A stretch of 64,000 nucleotides of DNA. Source: Nemertoderma westbladi. Taxonomy: Eukaryota > Animalia > Xenacoelomorpha. The DNA is taken from positions 51,063 through 115,062 of the forward strand of contig JAUCBJ010007700.1 of the NCBI GenBank assembly GCA_032718475.1. Reading direction: 5' to 3'. The position numbers were made by a program, and so were the translations under genes. The notes under the pieces were generated by a model. It was given only the letters and a program-made list of their open reading frames with translations, was not told the origin of the DNA and did no database searches. This document shows, piece after piece, positions 46,630-58,712 of the stretch (its first letter is position 1; each line of letters starts with the position of its first letter).

Positions 46630-46984
46630 GTAACAGTTTACTTGTATTGCAGTGTAGGTATTAAATACAGTTTAATACTGTTCTGGCGAACAGTAACAGT
46701 TTATGATCTTATTGCAGTAAGCAATAAGGTTGCAAAATACCGTAGTGACTGGTAAAACTGAACCGGTACTCTGTAGGTCAGTAGGCCTAACTGTCATCAC
46801 CGGTACCGGTACTGCTGTACAAGTACATTTAGTATTATTCGATTTTGATTATTGTATACCGGTAGGTCTCGATATTAAATCGGGGACGCCTGGTTTTTAT
46901 TGGGATTTTACTTAGGTCTATTTCTGTCAGTTTTATTTCCTAGTAGGCTAATATTGAGCAGAAGGCGTGTGACCCTGCTCAGAT

Positions 46985-47570
46985 TGTTCAGATAATTGTA
47001 GGCTGAGCTGCTGTCTGACTGTTGTTGAGTTTGGAGAGATTACGGCGTGTGTAGAGTTTGTCTGATAAAGTGCCGTTAGTAAGTTGGGGCAGCCATATGC
47101 GGTAAGGTCAATCCCCTCTTAAAGAATAAGTCGTACTACCGTGTTAGAACGCATACTAACTAACAGTTTCAGAGTCTGCATATATTGTAGTTTATTTAGG
47201 CTTGATCGTAGTCTGCCAGTGTTTTAGCCTGTGTTTGTTTGTGTGGTCTGTTCAGGTACCGTAATAGTTATTACTCAAATATTTGTAGGCTGGATTGTCG
47301 TCTAGCTATTTTTGGGTCTGAAGGGATTGCTGTGTGTGTAGAGTTGGTCTGATCAAGTGCCGTTAGTAAGTTGGGGCAGCCATAAGCGGTAAGGTCAATC
47401 CCCTCTTAAAGAGTAAGTCGTACTACCGTGTTAGAACGCATACTAACTAACAGTTTCAGAATCTGCACATACTGTAGTTTGTTTAGGCTTAATAGTAGTC
47501 TGCCAGCGTTTGGTTTGTATTTGTTTGAGTATTCTGTACGGGTAGCGTAATATTTATTATTCAGAGTTTA
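46985..47570. repeat. Diverged tandem duplication of about 287 bp in the retroelement leader
   Basis: GTAGAG...GTGCCGTTAGTAAGTTGGGGCAGCC occurs at 47051 and 47338. Confidence 0.88.
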
Positions 47571-48844
47571 TGCGATTATTCTCAACATTCATGTCCCCAA
47601 GTTTATTCCTACAGTAATTGTGCTTGTTATACATACCGTTATAGTTAAACTAACCCCAGTACTACATCAGGGCTGCTTGGCGTAGGTAAAGACTGACGAC
47701 TTTGTGCTTCGGTCACTCCAGCAGATGCCGTGGTTCTTTTAGCTGTTCAAGTATATTTAACTGCTGATTATTTGTTATACCGGTACTTGTACCTAATTTA
47801 GGGTTTAGTGTACAGTGCTTTCCGAAGTAATTAGTGTAGGCAGTATATTTGTGTTGTAAAGTGGTTGATAGGCACATTCGTTAGCTCTATTAGCTTCTGG
47901 GTAGGAACAATCCGTGATACATAACGTAGTACCTATAGCGATACGGTTATAGGTCGTCAGGCGGTGGTATTTTCCTATCTGGACAGTACAATATATTTAC
48001 TACTACTTATTATTTCAAATACCGTAGTACCCTGTCCGTTGTAATAACCAGAATTCTAACCCTTTGTTAGGCTGGTTGTAGACTTCCTGTAAAATTACCC
48101 TAAAAAATTCGTACGTAATATTTTTGTTGTGTTTAATTAGAGAATTAATCTCACCCGTATCGTAAGTAATTTGTAGTATTAAGTAACTTAGGTAAATTAG
48201 AATTATCAGTTTTAGTGTCAAATAAATAGCACTTCACTGAGAGCGTTCCGCTTCTGTGTAGTGACTCCCCCAGAAATAATAACATTTATTTCAAATATTG
48301 GCAAAACCCCTTTGAAACGGGTATATATCTATTATAAATCAAATCAAACGATTTATAAATAGTAGGCCTGCCATACGACAACTAGGTCTCACTATCAGTT
48401 GGACTACTGCTTAAATAACGGTAATAAAGTAAGTTAAAGTAACTAAGTAGCCCTAAAATATTCAGGAATTCAATTATTCTAAAAATAATTGACATACCGG
48501 TACTCACTATAGGCTTATTATATTTATCTCTATAAATTTGAGCTGAAATCATACCGGTACTCTGTAATTAATTCTAGTCCAGAATTATACTTATATACTA
48601 TAAGTGTAAGCTGTATACCGGTGTTCACTATAGGCCTATTATATATTTATATATATCTGTGCTAAATTTATATACCGGTACTCTGTGACAAACCTAGTTC
48701 ACAATACTTATATATATTATAAGTGCATACCGGTATTCTAATATACTGCAATAAATTACCGGTACTAGGCCAGTGGTTATACTGAATTACTAGACTTGCT
48801 TTAACTGTAACTATAGCAGTAAGCCTTCAACTGTATAACTAAAC

Positions 48845-51397
48845 ATGTCTGACACTCAGCAAAACCTGTCAGACAGTCTGATCGATACCACTATTTGTGA
48901 TTCAGATAGGAGTGTGGAGCGAATAAGAAAGGAGTTCGGCTCACCTCCTACTGTAAAAAAGGTCATCCCTCCAGTAGTATCAGACCCTAGGCTAGTCCAC
49001 CATAGGTCCATCATAGGCACTCGAGCACAGGTAAAACGGGACCAAGAGGCAGCTGTCCTATCGCAGCAACATCTTGGTCAAGAACCTACTTCCCAGAGAC
49101 CAGATAGCTCCAGCAGTTCGGATACTGTAGAGCTGACCCCCGAATGCGGAGTGCAGATGGCTGCTACAGTCTACTCGGACCCCCTTCTTACTCTTCCCGC
49201 TGCAGTGCTAACTACTATATTCATTGCGGTGGAGGAACATCAAGCCGACTGGGCGAAGAATAAGCGAGCGACCCAAGATAATTACGCGGGATACGCCAGG
49301 GAAGAATTGATATCTATTGTTGAATCACAATGGAACTTTCCCGGACTCGGACTTCCGTTGGATATGTCCGAGGCTACTTGGGAAGATATACACAGGATGG
49401 GAGTGGCTAAAGATACAATGGATCCAGCTGTTTGGAAGAGATCGGCAGCAGGATATGTGCAGGGATTCTTCGGATCCTTGGAGCGATTGGAAGAACAACT
49501 GTTTCGACAACCTCACGGACCTCAAGAGCAGGAAGAACTGCTATATCAAATACGCGAAAGAACCCTACGCATTCGACTAATCCTCTCAGCCTTTGAGGAA
49601 ACTTCCAAAAGAAGACAGGACACGTCGCTGCAGGTTGCTGTCAAAACTTGGCTACATCGGGTAGATCTTAAAGTACAGGAAACAGCCCCGTGGAAATCCC
49701 AGCTGGCTGAGAGATCAACCTATGAAGAACCAAATGATGTCACCCTTGCTCAAGCGAAAAGCGAAGAGGCCGCCGAGAAACCGCGAACTAGAGACGCTAT
49801 CGACATTTATTTGTCCGACTATCAGCGATTCCTAGGAGACGAAGAGTTGAGGAGACGGCTGTCTGGACTTTCCCCTAATAGTGAAGGAACCAAGCTTGTG
49901 TTGGACTCAATCGACGCCGAAATGTTAGCTGCAAACCAAGCTGAATGTGATGAAAAACTCCGCCTCACTAGAGTCCGAGAAGAACAAATCAAGAAAAGAA
50001 GGATAGAGGAACAAAAAACGGCGGCTATGGCGGAGGCTATAGCAGATGCAGAAGCAGAAAGAAAGGTGGCAAAGGCAGTGAGAGAAGCAGAAAGGAGAGC
50101 ATCTGAGCAGACTACCCAACTGGAGTTGGAGAATCTGCAAGAGACACAAGACAGTATAAATAAACAGTTTACTGCTAATCAAATGCAGATGATGAGAAAA
50201 TCTACTCCCAAGCGCCAGGGGTACACATCATCGGAGGAAGGCGATACTACCGACCCTGAAGGCGGAGGAGATAGATCTCATCTAAGTAGGCGTAGAAAAA
50301 CATATTACCGTCGTAAATTGCCTGATTTGCCCCCAGCTGTTAAAAGACAGCTAACTAGCACAGATTTAGGTAGTGCAGAACCCATAGAACAATTTATCCA
50401 GGTCAAAAGACTCCCTACTATAGTCGATGAACCTGAAATAATTAGGCCTGTAGTTCCCAAAGTCACTTCTGTGCTAGAGACCCCTACACTTCCAGAGCTT
50501 AACTCTAAATTCCCTTTACATAGCACTACACTGCCTGTACCCGGTGGAACAGTTCATGCAAATACCCCTGTCCAGATAGCAGAGAGAGAAATCAATAATT
50601 TGTCTCCCGTCGTCCCGCGTCAGCCCGCTACTATGTTGGCGACTCCCGCTTCGGCGGTTGAGTGGGTGGAAGAGGGACGGCGGGGGATGAATCTTCTGCT
50701 AGGACAGATGCAGGAGACTGTCCACCAACTTAAGGGAACAGTGAGGGAAGGTAGAGCAGAGTTGCAAGAAGTGCAGCAAAGTATCGCGCTAGAACGCGAC
50801 AAATTAGTCAATATACAAAAAGGCATACCAATACCCCCTGTAACATTGTGTCAACCTGTTAGGTCTGAAGTATTACATGCGCAAGGTGTGGAGCCTACAT
50901 GCATCTATACTGCTAGTGAAGTTGAAACTCCTATAGCAAACCCTATTAAGGGTGATTATAGACCTGTTATTAATGATATTCCCTATAGACCTGATAATGA
51001 TCCGAGAAATTTATATACCGATAATTCGATATTAAATAACACGATGGCCCAAGAAAGCTTTACGCGTCAGATGGCTAGAACAGAAGCCCGCCAAGCGGTC
51101 AAAGTGGGAGAGATCGTCAAATTCAATGGAGACGAAATGAAATGGTTACCTTTCAACGAATATTACAAAGACAGCATACAGAACTCTGTGCTATCTAACG
51201 GAGAGAAACTTAGGTTCCTCATCAAGTGCTTGGAAGGACCTCCCAAGTTAATGGCGTTAAAGTTTATTGGACATCCAGAAGGATTAAGACAAGTTTGGGA
51301 TACATTAAACATCAGGTATGGTAACAAGGATAACATAGCTAAGTATTTGTATGCAAAATTAGTAGCCCCCGACACTTCCTTAGTAGCGGGATTATAG
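48845..51397 (+). CDS. gag: BEL/Pao Gag N-terminal part (long coiled-coil region plus DUF1759-like capsid start), cut by a frameshift
   Basis: KFNGDEMKWLPF...EKLRFLIKCLEG...LNIRYGN. Gag-like sequence continues in a shifted frame at about 51393 (IEFSDEIQEICRQL). Confidence 0.85.
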   Translation: MSDTQQNLSDSLIDTTICDSDRSVERIRKEFGSPPTVKKVIPPVVSDPRLVHHRSIIGTRAQVKRDQEAAVLSQQHLGQEPTSQRPDSSSSSDTVELTPECGVQMAATVYSDPLLTLPAAVLTTIFIAVEEHQADWAKNKRATQDNYAGYAREELISIVESQWNFPGLGLPLDMSEATWEDIHRMGVAKDTMDPAVWKRSAAGYVQGFFGSLERLEEQLFRQPHGPQEQEELLYQIRERTLRIRLILSAFEETSKRRQDTSLQVAVKTWLHRVDLKVQETAPWKSQLAERSTYEEPNDVTLAQAKSEEAAEKPRTRDAIDIYLSDYQRFLGDEELRRRLSGLSPNSEGTKLVLDSIDAEMLAANQAECDEKLRLTRVREEQIKKRRIEEQKTAAMAEAIADAEAERKVAKAVREAERRASEQTTQLELENLQETQDSINKQFTANQMQMMRKSTPKRQGYTSSEEGDTTDPEGGGDRSHLSRRRKTYYRRKLPDLPPAVKRQLTSTDLGSAEPIEQFIQVKRLPTIVDEPEIIRPVVPKVTSVLETPTLPELNSKFPLHSTTLPVPGGTVHANTPVQIAEREINNLSPVVPRQPATMLATPASAVEWVEEGRRGMNLLLGQMQETVHQLKGTVREGRAELQEVQQSIALERDKLVNIQKGIPIPPVTLCQPVRSEVLHAQGVEPTCIYTASEVETPIANPIKGDYRPVINDIPYRPDNDPRNLYTDNSILNNTMAQESFTRQMARTEARQAVKVGEIVKFNGDEMKWLPFNEYYKDSIQNSVLSNGEKLRFLIKCLEGPPKLMALKFIGHPEGLRQVWDTLNIRYGNKDNIAKYLYAKLVAPDTSLVAGL

Positions 51398-53379
51398 AGT
51401 TTTCCGATGAAATTCAAGAGATCTGTAGACAACTGGACTGGTTAGGTAAGTCGCATGAATATCAGAGTTCCATGGTTATTGGAGCCGTAGTCTCTACTTT
51501 ACCAAAGGATGGAGTATGTACACGCTGGGGCAAGAAAGTGTTGTACATGAATGAACAACAACGACGAAGTCCTACCATGGCTGATCTCATGTCTTTCTTA
51601 GATAGTGAAGTAAAATTACAACTCATAAGGCAGGCCAGAGAGAAAACATCGGAAAATAAGGTAAGTGAGAAACCCGATTCTAGGAGAAGGATAATACCAG
51701 TGTGTTATACTGACGACGGCGAAAGCCAAGCTTCTCAAGAAGAGGACAGCGGGAAAGACACAGCAAAATCTTACTATGACAACAAGACCTATAAAGACGT
51801 AAGTAAATACAAGTCTCGAACCAGTGACAGGAGAGAACAGGTAACAACAACTCCTCCTACGTCTCCTAAGAGAATTCACGGAAGAAAGCCCGAAGAAAGA
51901 ACGAGAGTGCATAACGTTAACCAAGTTAAGGTGAGTAACATCAAACCAAAATGTGCGCTGTGCGACGGGCCTCACCGTTTGAGTGCGTGTGCTGAATTTC
52001 TAAAGAAATCCCCTGTAGACAGACGTACAGTCCTGTGGAATAAGCGGTTATGCTATAATTGCCTCAGATCAGGACACCAACGGCGAACCTGTTACTCCGA
52101 CGTAAAGTGTGCAAAGTGTGGCGCGAAACATCACATCTTGTTACACAGTGAGTTCGAACGAGACAACCCGAGTCAGGTAAGTGAGCCCGAACTACATGTC
52201 CAATTCAGTGATGTGAACGACACTGACCAAGGTTCTGAGTGGGAAGGATTCTATACAGACGAATTCTCCGATACCAACGAATCCTGTTATCTAATAAATA
52301 CCACAGTGTATCGAGCACTTACGGATGAAAAGGACACTGACGAGTTTACTCCAACTCCTTTTGACAAACAACCATCTTGGAAAGTTCCAACTTCCAACAT
52401 AGGAATAAGAGAATTTCCTGTAGTGCAAGTTCGAGTTCATGGTCCCAACAAGAGTTACATAGTGAACGCCCTACTTGACTCCGGCAGCACAGGAACATTC
52501 ATCGATCAAGAACTAGCCGAAGATATCTTTGCTGGACAACCCAAGTTCCGGACTAAATTGAATATGTCAGGAATTATGCAGGTTTGGAAATCTACCCTAA
52601 CGGCAGATTACTATGTAGGTGTGTTGTCCACCCCCCAGGATAAGTTAGGAACACAAGGTATAAGGTCAGTAAAAATGGTGGCTATATAGAACTTTGCTAC
52701 TACTCAAGCAGAACCTTATAACTGGGACGAGGACGAGTGCATCCAACATCTTGAGATACCTCGATTCCAAACCGATTATCCTGGAGTGCAAATACTCATC
52801 GGCCAAAACGCGCATGAGGCGCTCGAGCCATTAGAGAAACGGCCTGCTCAACCACAGCCACTACAAACCTATGCGGTAAGAACTAGAGTAGGTTGGTACT
52901 TCACTGGCCCTTCCCGTAGAACTCTCAAAGAGAGATTACCTCAACAGCAGGTATACCAAGTAAAGGGGGAAGTGGAGAGCAGTGATGTGGACGACCCAAC
53001 TGAGGGAACACCATACTCCTCAGATAATGACGATATTAACTCCAATGTAGATCAATGGAGACATTGCCTTGGGACGATTAATCCAGCCGACATCGCTTCC
53101 AGAGGAGCAACTCCTCAAGAACTGATAGATACTCCAGGCTGGTTAGGTGGATCCGACTTCTTAAGTAAAGAAGAAGAAGAATGGCCTCCTCATCTTACCA
53201 CGGCGGAGAGTAGACAGGCCAAGGGAGCGGAGGAAGTAACACGACAGCCTAATCGCCCAGCTGGTCGCTTAGGTTTACTGGAAAGAGACCGAAAACTGTC
53301 CGGAAACCATGGAAGGCAGGATACTCTTCCTACGACCACTTCCCTAATTCGACAAAGATCTAGGGACTCCATAACGTAA
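51394..53379 (+). pseudogene. Rest of Gag, aspartic protease and a fused RNase H C-terminal remnant
   Basis: CALCDGPH..C, CYNCLRSGH..C, CAKCGAKHHILLH; ALLDSGS; in-frame TAG at 52687-52689; ILIGQN..AVRTRVGW; then directly QWRHCLGTINPADIASRG..WL.G..FL.....WP. Confidence 0.9.
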
Positions 53380-55004
53380 TTATATATGGAGTGGGTGTGT
53401 GACTATATTATTTTATATTTTTTTTATTATTATTTTATATTTAGGTATGTATTATTATGTAATTTTATTATAATCGTTTTCTTTAATTTTATTTAGTAGA
53501 ATGTTATTTTAGAATATTTAGTAAATTAGTGCAATATATTAGTGTTTATTACGTATTTAATTACTTACAATATATTTAGTGCGACGGCAAGAAATAATTA
53601 TTTTTCTCTTTCCTTACTGTCCGTATTATATTATAAATGCGAGACTATAGTAAGATGACATGTCAGTACTTCTTAAAGTACAATAAAGCCACTACTATAT
53701 TTAAGTATTATTGGTAGGCAGAGTATTAGGAATGCAAAGTTCAGATCCTCGTGTCTCGGCTAAACCAAGCTCTGGGTAGACCTTGGAAACGACTTGCCTC
53801 TTCACACTGACATTGCTTCGTGCGATATTGCTCTTCTACCTTATAACAAATAATACATATAGTAGCGTGATGTCCCTCTAACAGTAGCGTAAATCGCAAA
53901 TAAATCTGTTAAACTTTTGACCATCTGTAATTCTAGTCGATTAAGATATCGTGGCACCCACCGATATACTTGAAAGACAAATTCTAGAATCAGTGGTTAA
54001 CGTCCCCAGACAAGTTCTGGAATAAATCGGTGCCCATCCTAAATATTAATTTAATATTTATTAAAATCTGTAAAATTCAGATCCGTTAACAATTCTAGTC
54101 GATTAAGATATCGTAGCACTTACCGATACTCTTAAAAGACAAATTTCATAGAATTAAGGATCCTATGTCCCCAGACCTGCTCTGGAATCAAATTGTATCA
54201 ATTTAACATCAAATAATAAAATTCACGGGAATAAATTTAAATTCATATTCGAATGAATTTCATAAATTGTCATTTGTGCAATTTATAACATTCCCAAAAT
54301 TCCAGTAATTAATAGATCATGGGAGCGGAGATTCATATTGAGTGTACTAGAGTGCGAGAATCTCCAATATATAGTCAATAGCCGATAAAATTTATAAAAT
54401 CATGCATAAAGAGGGTATTGACAACTAAAGAATTACTATTAAATAACATCCCAGATCTGTATGCATGAGAATTACCCTAATTCTACCGCTAGTTTTCCAT
54501 AATGTCACCATGGCAACACCCACGCTAGAATTAGAAGCAAGTTAAAGGAACAATAAAAAGCTTGCCCCATTGCGTAGCATAAGAGTATATATAGCGCACT
54601 ATTAGTATCCAAGGATACATAGTAATAACGTGACATTCTGGAAGACACTGACTAACGGACAAATGGCATGCGTGTGTGCAGTAAGTAATGATTGTATGGA
54701 ATTTGTGCGTTTATAGGTGAATGTTACTACTAAAGTGTGTTTACAGTAGCTAATCGCAATTGTAAAATAGCCCTAACTCTACCGAGATAACCTCAAGTGG
54801 ATTCAAGCCTTTGGGACGGACAGTGGTGGGACTTGTGTCGGTTATCGTTGTCGTGCTGTTGCTACATGTTGGCGTAAACACTGCGACAGCGGTACATCGG
54901 CGCTGAGAAACCCACTGTCCGGGGGCAAAAAGCCTAGTAGGCAGCGACGCCCGCTTGCCTAAAATATTAGCTTATATTGATATTAATAAACTCAGATAGC
55001 AGAT

Positions 55005-56454
55005 ATGACGGAATTGATAGAAGATGACCTTGGTATCAAGGAGCGATAGACTCTACCTTTACAAGCGTTTGTGGATAGCTTGATACGCGGTGAAGCCGAT
55101 CCGACTATTACGGAGGACGATGGTCGTTATATCGAACCGCCGATGTCCCAGGAACAACTTACGCGTGAATTGGACTATAGAAAATTCACCGCTCGCTATA
55201 CGAATCGTAATGGTACGTATATGGACTTCTTAACTACCGGCCATCCTACCGATTTACATGATACGGACGATGTATACACCGAAAGGGAAATGGTTCTATT
55301 TAAATATCATACCCAGCGGAGTCGTAACGATAAACCGAGAATAGATCACGAAAATTATATTCGTAACAGACTGGGAAGACGAACCCATATGTTTAGAATC
55401 CGAAGAGATTCAGCCCCCCACGTCTCGGAGTAGCGATAGCGACTACCTATTGGAATGGTATCAAGGTCCCCAGTGTCTTACTGCGTATGATTATCGCCAT
55501 GCCAATTATGTTTCTAGACAACGTTGTCGGCTGTGCGCATCGAGAGACCATATTACGTCTATGGACACCAACGATCTCTGTTCCTATTTCCACGAGCAAC
55601 CGTCGATGGAAATCTATTGTGCATATTGTCGGCTTAATAATTTGCACATTTTTGCTGTCTGCCCCCAATTTATGACTCAATGCCATCATTGTCAATTAAA
55701 AGGACACGCCAGCTTTGATTGTCCCTTTAACCATGATTTAGAGAGCGTAGATGAAATGATTGTACTACGTTATATCAGAGCTTGGGAAGCGAACGCTGAT
55801 TTACATTGTGATTCACGACATCGCTATTATCCTGGACGCGCTTACGAAGGAGTTTATGCGTTCCATCCTTATTTGTTTGCCTCCGTCGAGCAGAAATCGC
55901 GCCTATCAAGTTATGAACTATTGAAGCGCGTTGGAGAATGTATTTCAACCAAATATGTACGCAAATTTCTCAGGAGCATTAACCCGAGTGACATCCATTC
56001 TTACAACTTAATAAACTTTATCCGTCAAGACCCTGCCTATGGAGACTTATTCGTCAACTCACACCCTGAGTTACAAGAAGTATATCGACGGCCTTACGAG
56101 TACCGAGCCCGCGAACGCGAGTTGGAAAGGACCATTAAACCAAGGAAGTTTCTAACTACTTATGGTCCACCCACGGCCCTCGTTCAGACCACTCGTAAAG
56201 GACCCGTAAGAGCGGCTGTCTTGAAACGAGCTCTCAAAGCCGTTAGACCCCTCTCCCCGGACGTTGATGTCAATCAACCCGGTACTTCGACCGGCGGATA
56301 TACCGATCGCAATCCCATACCTTCTGATGCAATCATATTGCACCCTTCACCCAGGAGTTATAGCCCTCCTCGTAAAGTGGCTCGCCCCAAAGAGAAAAAG
56401 ACTCTTGCTAGCTTTAAAAAACTGCGTAAACGCCGTCCGCGCAAGAAAGACTAA
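55005..56454 (+). pseudogene. Extra 3' ORF of the retroelement with three Cys/His knuckle-like motifs and a basic tail
   Basis: ATG at 55005, one in-frame stop near 55047, frame change near 55430-55450, then 334 open codons with CRLCASRDH, CAYCRLNNLHIFAVC, CHHCQLKGHASFDC and KKLRKRRPRKK. Confidence 0.7.
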
Positions 56455-56532
56455 CTGTTTAGAGTATTTTTATATTTTAGAAACTGTGATTTTGTATATT
56501 TTATAGACTTAAATCCCATTTTCTGGGAGCGG

Positions 56533-57747
56533 TGTAAAAGCTTCTGTGGGATATAACTGGCCCCTTTTGCTTCGCAATCCAGTTTCCCCCCAGGCGCTGG
56601 AATACTCTAAAAAGGTTCTCTAACTGTATATATATTCCCCTCGCCCGCAAGGTACCGTTACAGGTGTTTTAACGGACATAAAAGTAATTCTGCTATATAC
56701 GTGTTTTGGCGGACATGGTAAGGCAAAAAACCTGTAATGCACCAACTACCTTTCACAGCTTAGCCGTGATGATTCATATTACGACATCTAACAGCTGGTT
56801 GCTGACATGGAAACAGCCATTGGACTCGTGGTTCTTTGTTTGGCTTGAGCCAATCAGAGCGATTTTTCCTGTCGACATGTAGCTTTTCAGCCGATCATAA
56901 GGAGAGTGTTCAGTCTTACTGTTTTTACTTGTTACTTTGTTGTTATTGCTGTCTAAGCCAGAAACACCGGCATTTTGGGAAGAACTCTAGTAAAACTGCT
57001 TAAATTATCGAAAGTATAAACTGTTACCTTAATTAATTAACTTAACAAATCTTAAAATATCTCAATAACTCACTATTAATCATATTGTTTGTACTGTTAT
57101 TTTACCGTCAGTTATTAATTGTACCTATTTGTTGATGGAAATATTGCTCTTTGGATAATACGGATAAATCACCCAAATTCCCAATTTTCTTGATACACTA
57201 CAGGTTAGAGAGATATTAATGTGGTGTGTATTGAATCCAATGTTATTTAGCAGACCCTACGTGAGTCAATTGCTGCTCTCTTTATGTGTGATCAAATATA
57301 CTGACTGTCGGCAGAATAGTGTGTATGATTGTGAATGGTAACAAAGTATTTCCTAAAGAATACGCTTTATACTTCAATCATAAGCAGTATCGTTGCGTTT
57401 AGTATAAGTCTTAGTTCTGTTTAAATAGATAAAGCGCCACGTCCTAAAGGAACTGTTAATATTTCCCGAAAGCCAATAATATCTGTCAGAGATTAATTAT
57501 TAACGATCTATCGAATAATACAGTAGGTATACACTGCAACCTTACACTGCAATAATAAAATTTAAGCATCCGAATTCAGTCTCCCGGGTGTAGATCCATC
57601 GGGTGAATGATCGCGCATGGGCTGACTTCGGCTAGTGTTTTGCGTATTAGCATAAAATATTGTCATATGCTAAAGTGGTTTTAATTAACTAAAAGACATA
57701 TAAATTTTGGCAGGTTAAACTGCTAAAGGTCTTCAAAAGCGCGAACA
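56533..57747 (+). repeat. 3' LTR (1215 bp)
   Basis: Differs from the 5' LTR by a 27-bp deletion and about 2 substitutions seen by eye. Preceded by the short purine-rich GGGAGCGG. Confidence 0.96.
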
Positions 57748-58052
57748 GTACTACATATATTATATAGGCCTACTTAATTTTCTAAAATTTGATTGACTGT
57801 ATAAAATTCAAAATAATTTTTTAAGTAAATTTCATTTTTACTTTATTAAGACGTGTAAAAAATAAAAATAACTAGGATAAAGTAGAAATGATTAAAATCA
57901 CGTTCCGAAACTAATATAGACCTATATGGTTGCACCGCGTCAACCATTTCTATGTAAATAGGGTATAAATAATTAATATACAAATAAGGTAAACTGAAGG
58001 CTATAGGCCTATACTGATTATCGACATTTTGAAATTTGGGTCCGCATGTCAC

Positions 58053-58712
58053 ATGGATGTCGAGTTGGCGAAAATGCTATTGCTTGCGGTTTCTATAGTT
58101 ACAGATAATTTCGACAATGTGTTAGCGGTTGCTTGCAATGACAAACACACAATGGTTACTTACAAGTCAGCCCGCCCCGATGTGTTCCCGGATTCGGATT
58201 GGTACGAGGAACACCCAGGTGAAATTGAAACGGGTTGTTCCGCCTGCAGGCTGGTATTCCTGCAATTACCAGGAATAATGCATATTAACAGCGTGTCCAC
58301 CAAAGCTTTGTTGTACAGCAGGAGAGAAAGATGCTGGGTAGATGAGTGCGTGCCTATTGTCAATGAAGACGTTTGCAAGAAGGAATATAGCGATAACTTT
58401 CGCATAGATGGAGAAGCTTTCTCTGCTGACCTGTCACATCCAAGTTGCCAGTCTGTGTGTTGCAACGGAACAGAAGTCTGCAGCAAAGTAGGAGACTTGG
58501 TGTGGGAACACGACTACCTGTACCCCAATGGAACTGTGGATTGGAGCGATCCCTTGTTTGATCCGGTTGCCACAACAACAGTTTCGGTTACCACAGAGAC
58601 AGAGGCACCAACAACAACGGTTGAGGCAACGACGTCTAGTTTGGCGGATCACCCCATTGGGGCGGTTGTTTCAGTTCTGATGGTAGCAACCATTCAAATT
58701 AACTTCATATAA
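58053..58712 (+). CDS. Secreted or GPI-type Cys-rich protein, Ly6/uPAR (three-finger)-like, 219 aa from the first ATG
   Basis: Hydrophobic N-terminus, 10 Cys ending in CCNGTEVC, Thr-rich stalk, and hydrophobic C-terminal tail. Confidence 0.65.
   Translation: MDVELAKMLLLAVSIVTDNFDNVLAVACNDKHTMVTYKSARPDVFPDSDWYEEHPGEIETGCSACRLVFLQLPGIMHINSVSTKALLYSRRERCWVDECVPIVNEDVCKKEYSDNFRIDGEAFSADLSHPSCQSVCCNGTEVCSKVGDLVWEHDYLYPNGTVDWSDPLFDPVATTTVSVTTETEAPTTTVEATTSSLADHPIGAVVSVLMVATIQINFI

Larger units (their letters stand above)
45388..57747 (+). mobile_element. BEL/Pao LTR retrotransposon, non-autonomous (RT and integrase missing)
   Basis: TG...CA LTRs, exact 5-bp TSD GTACT (45383-45387, 57748-57752), BEL-type gag with triple zinc knuckle, protease and RNase H tail. 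Confidence 0.96.

Noticed and set aside
47925-47965. Minus-strand CTGACGA plus CCTATA/TATAGG hairpin as a hammerhead
   Set aside because: The hairpin is followed by TAC, not GAAA.
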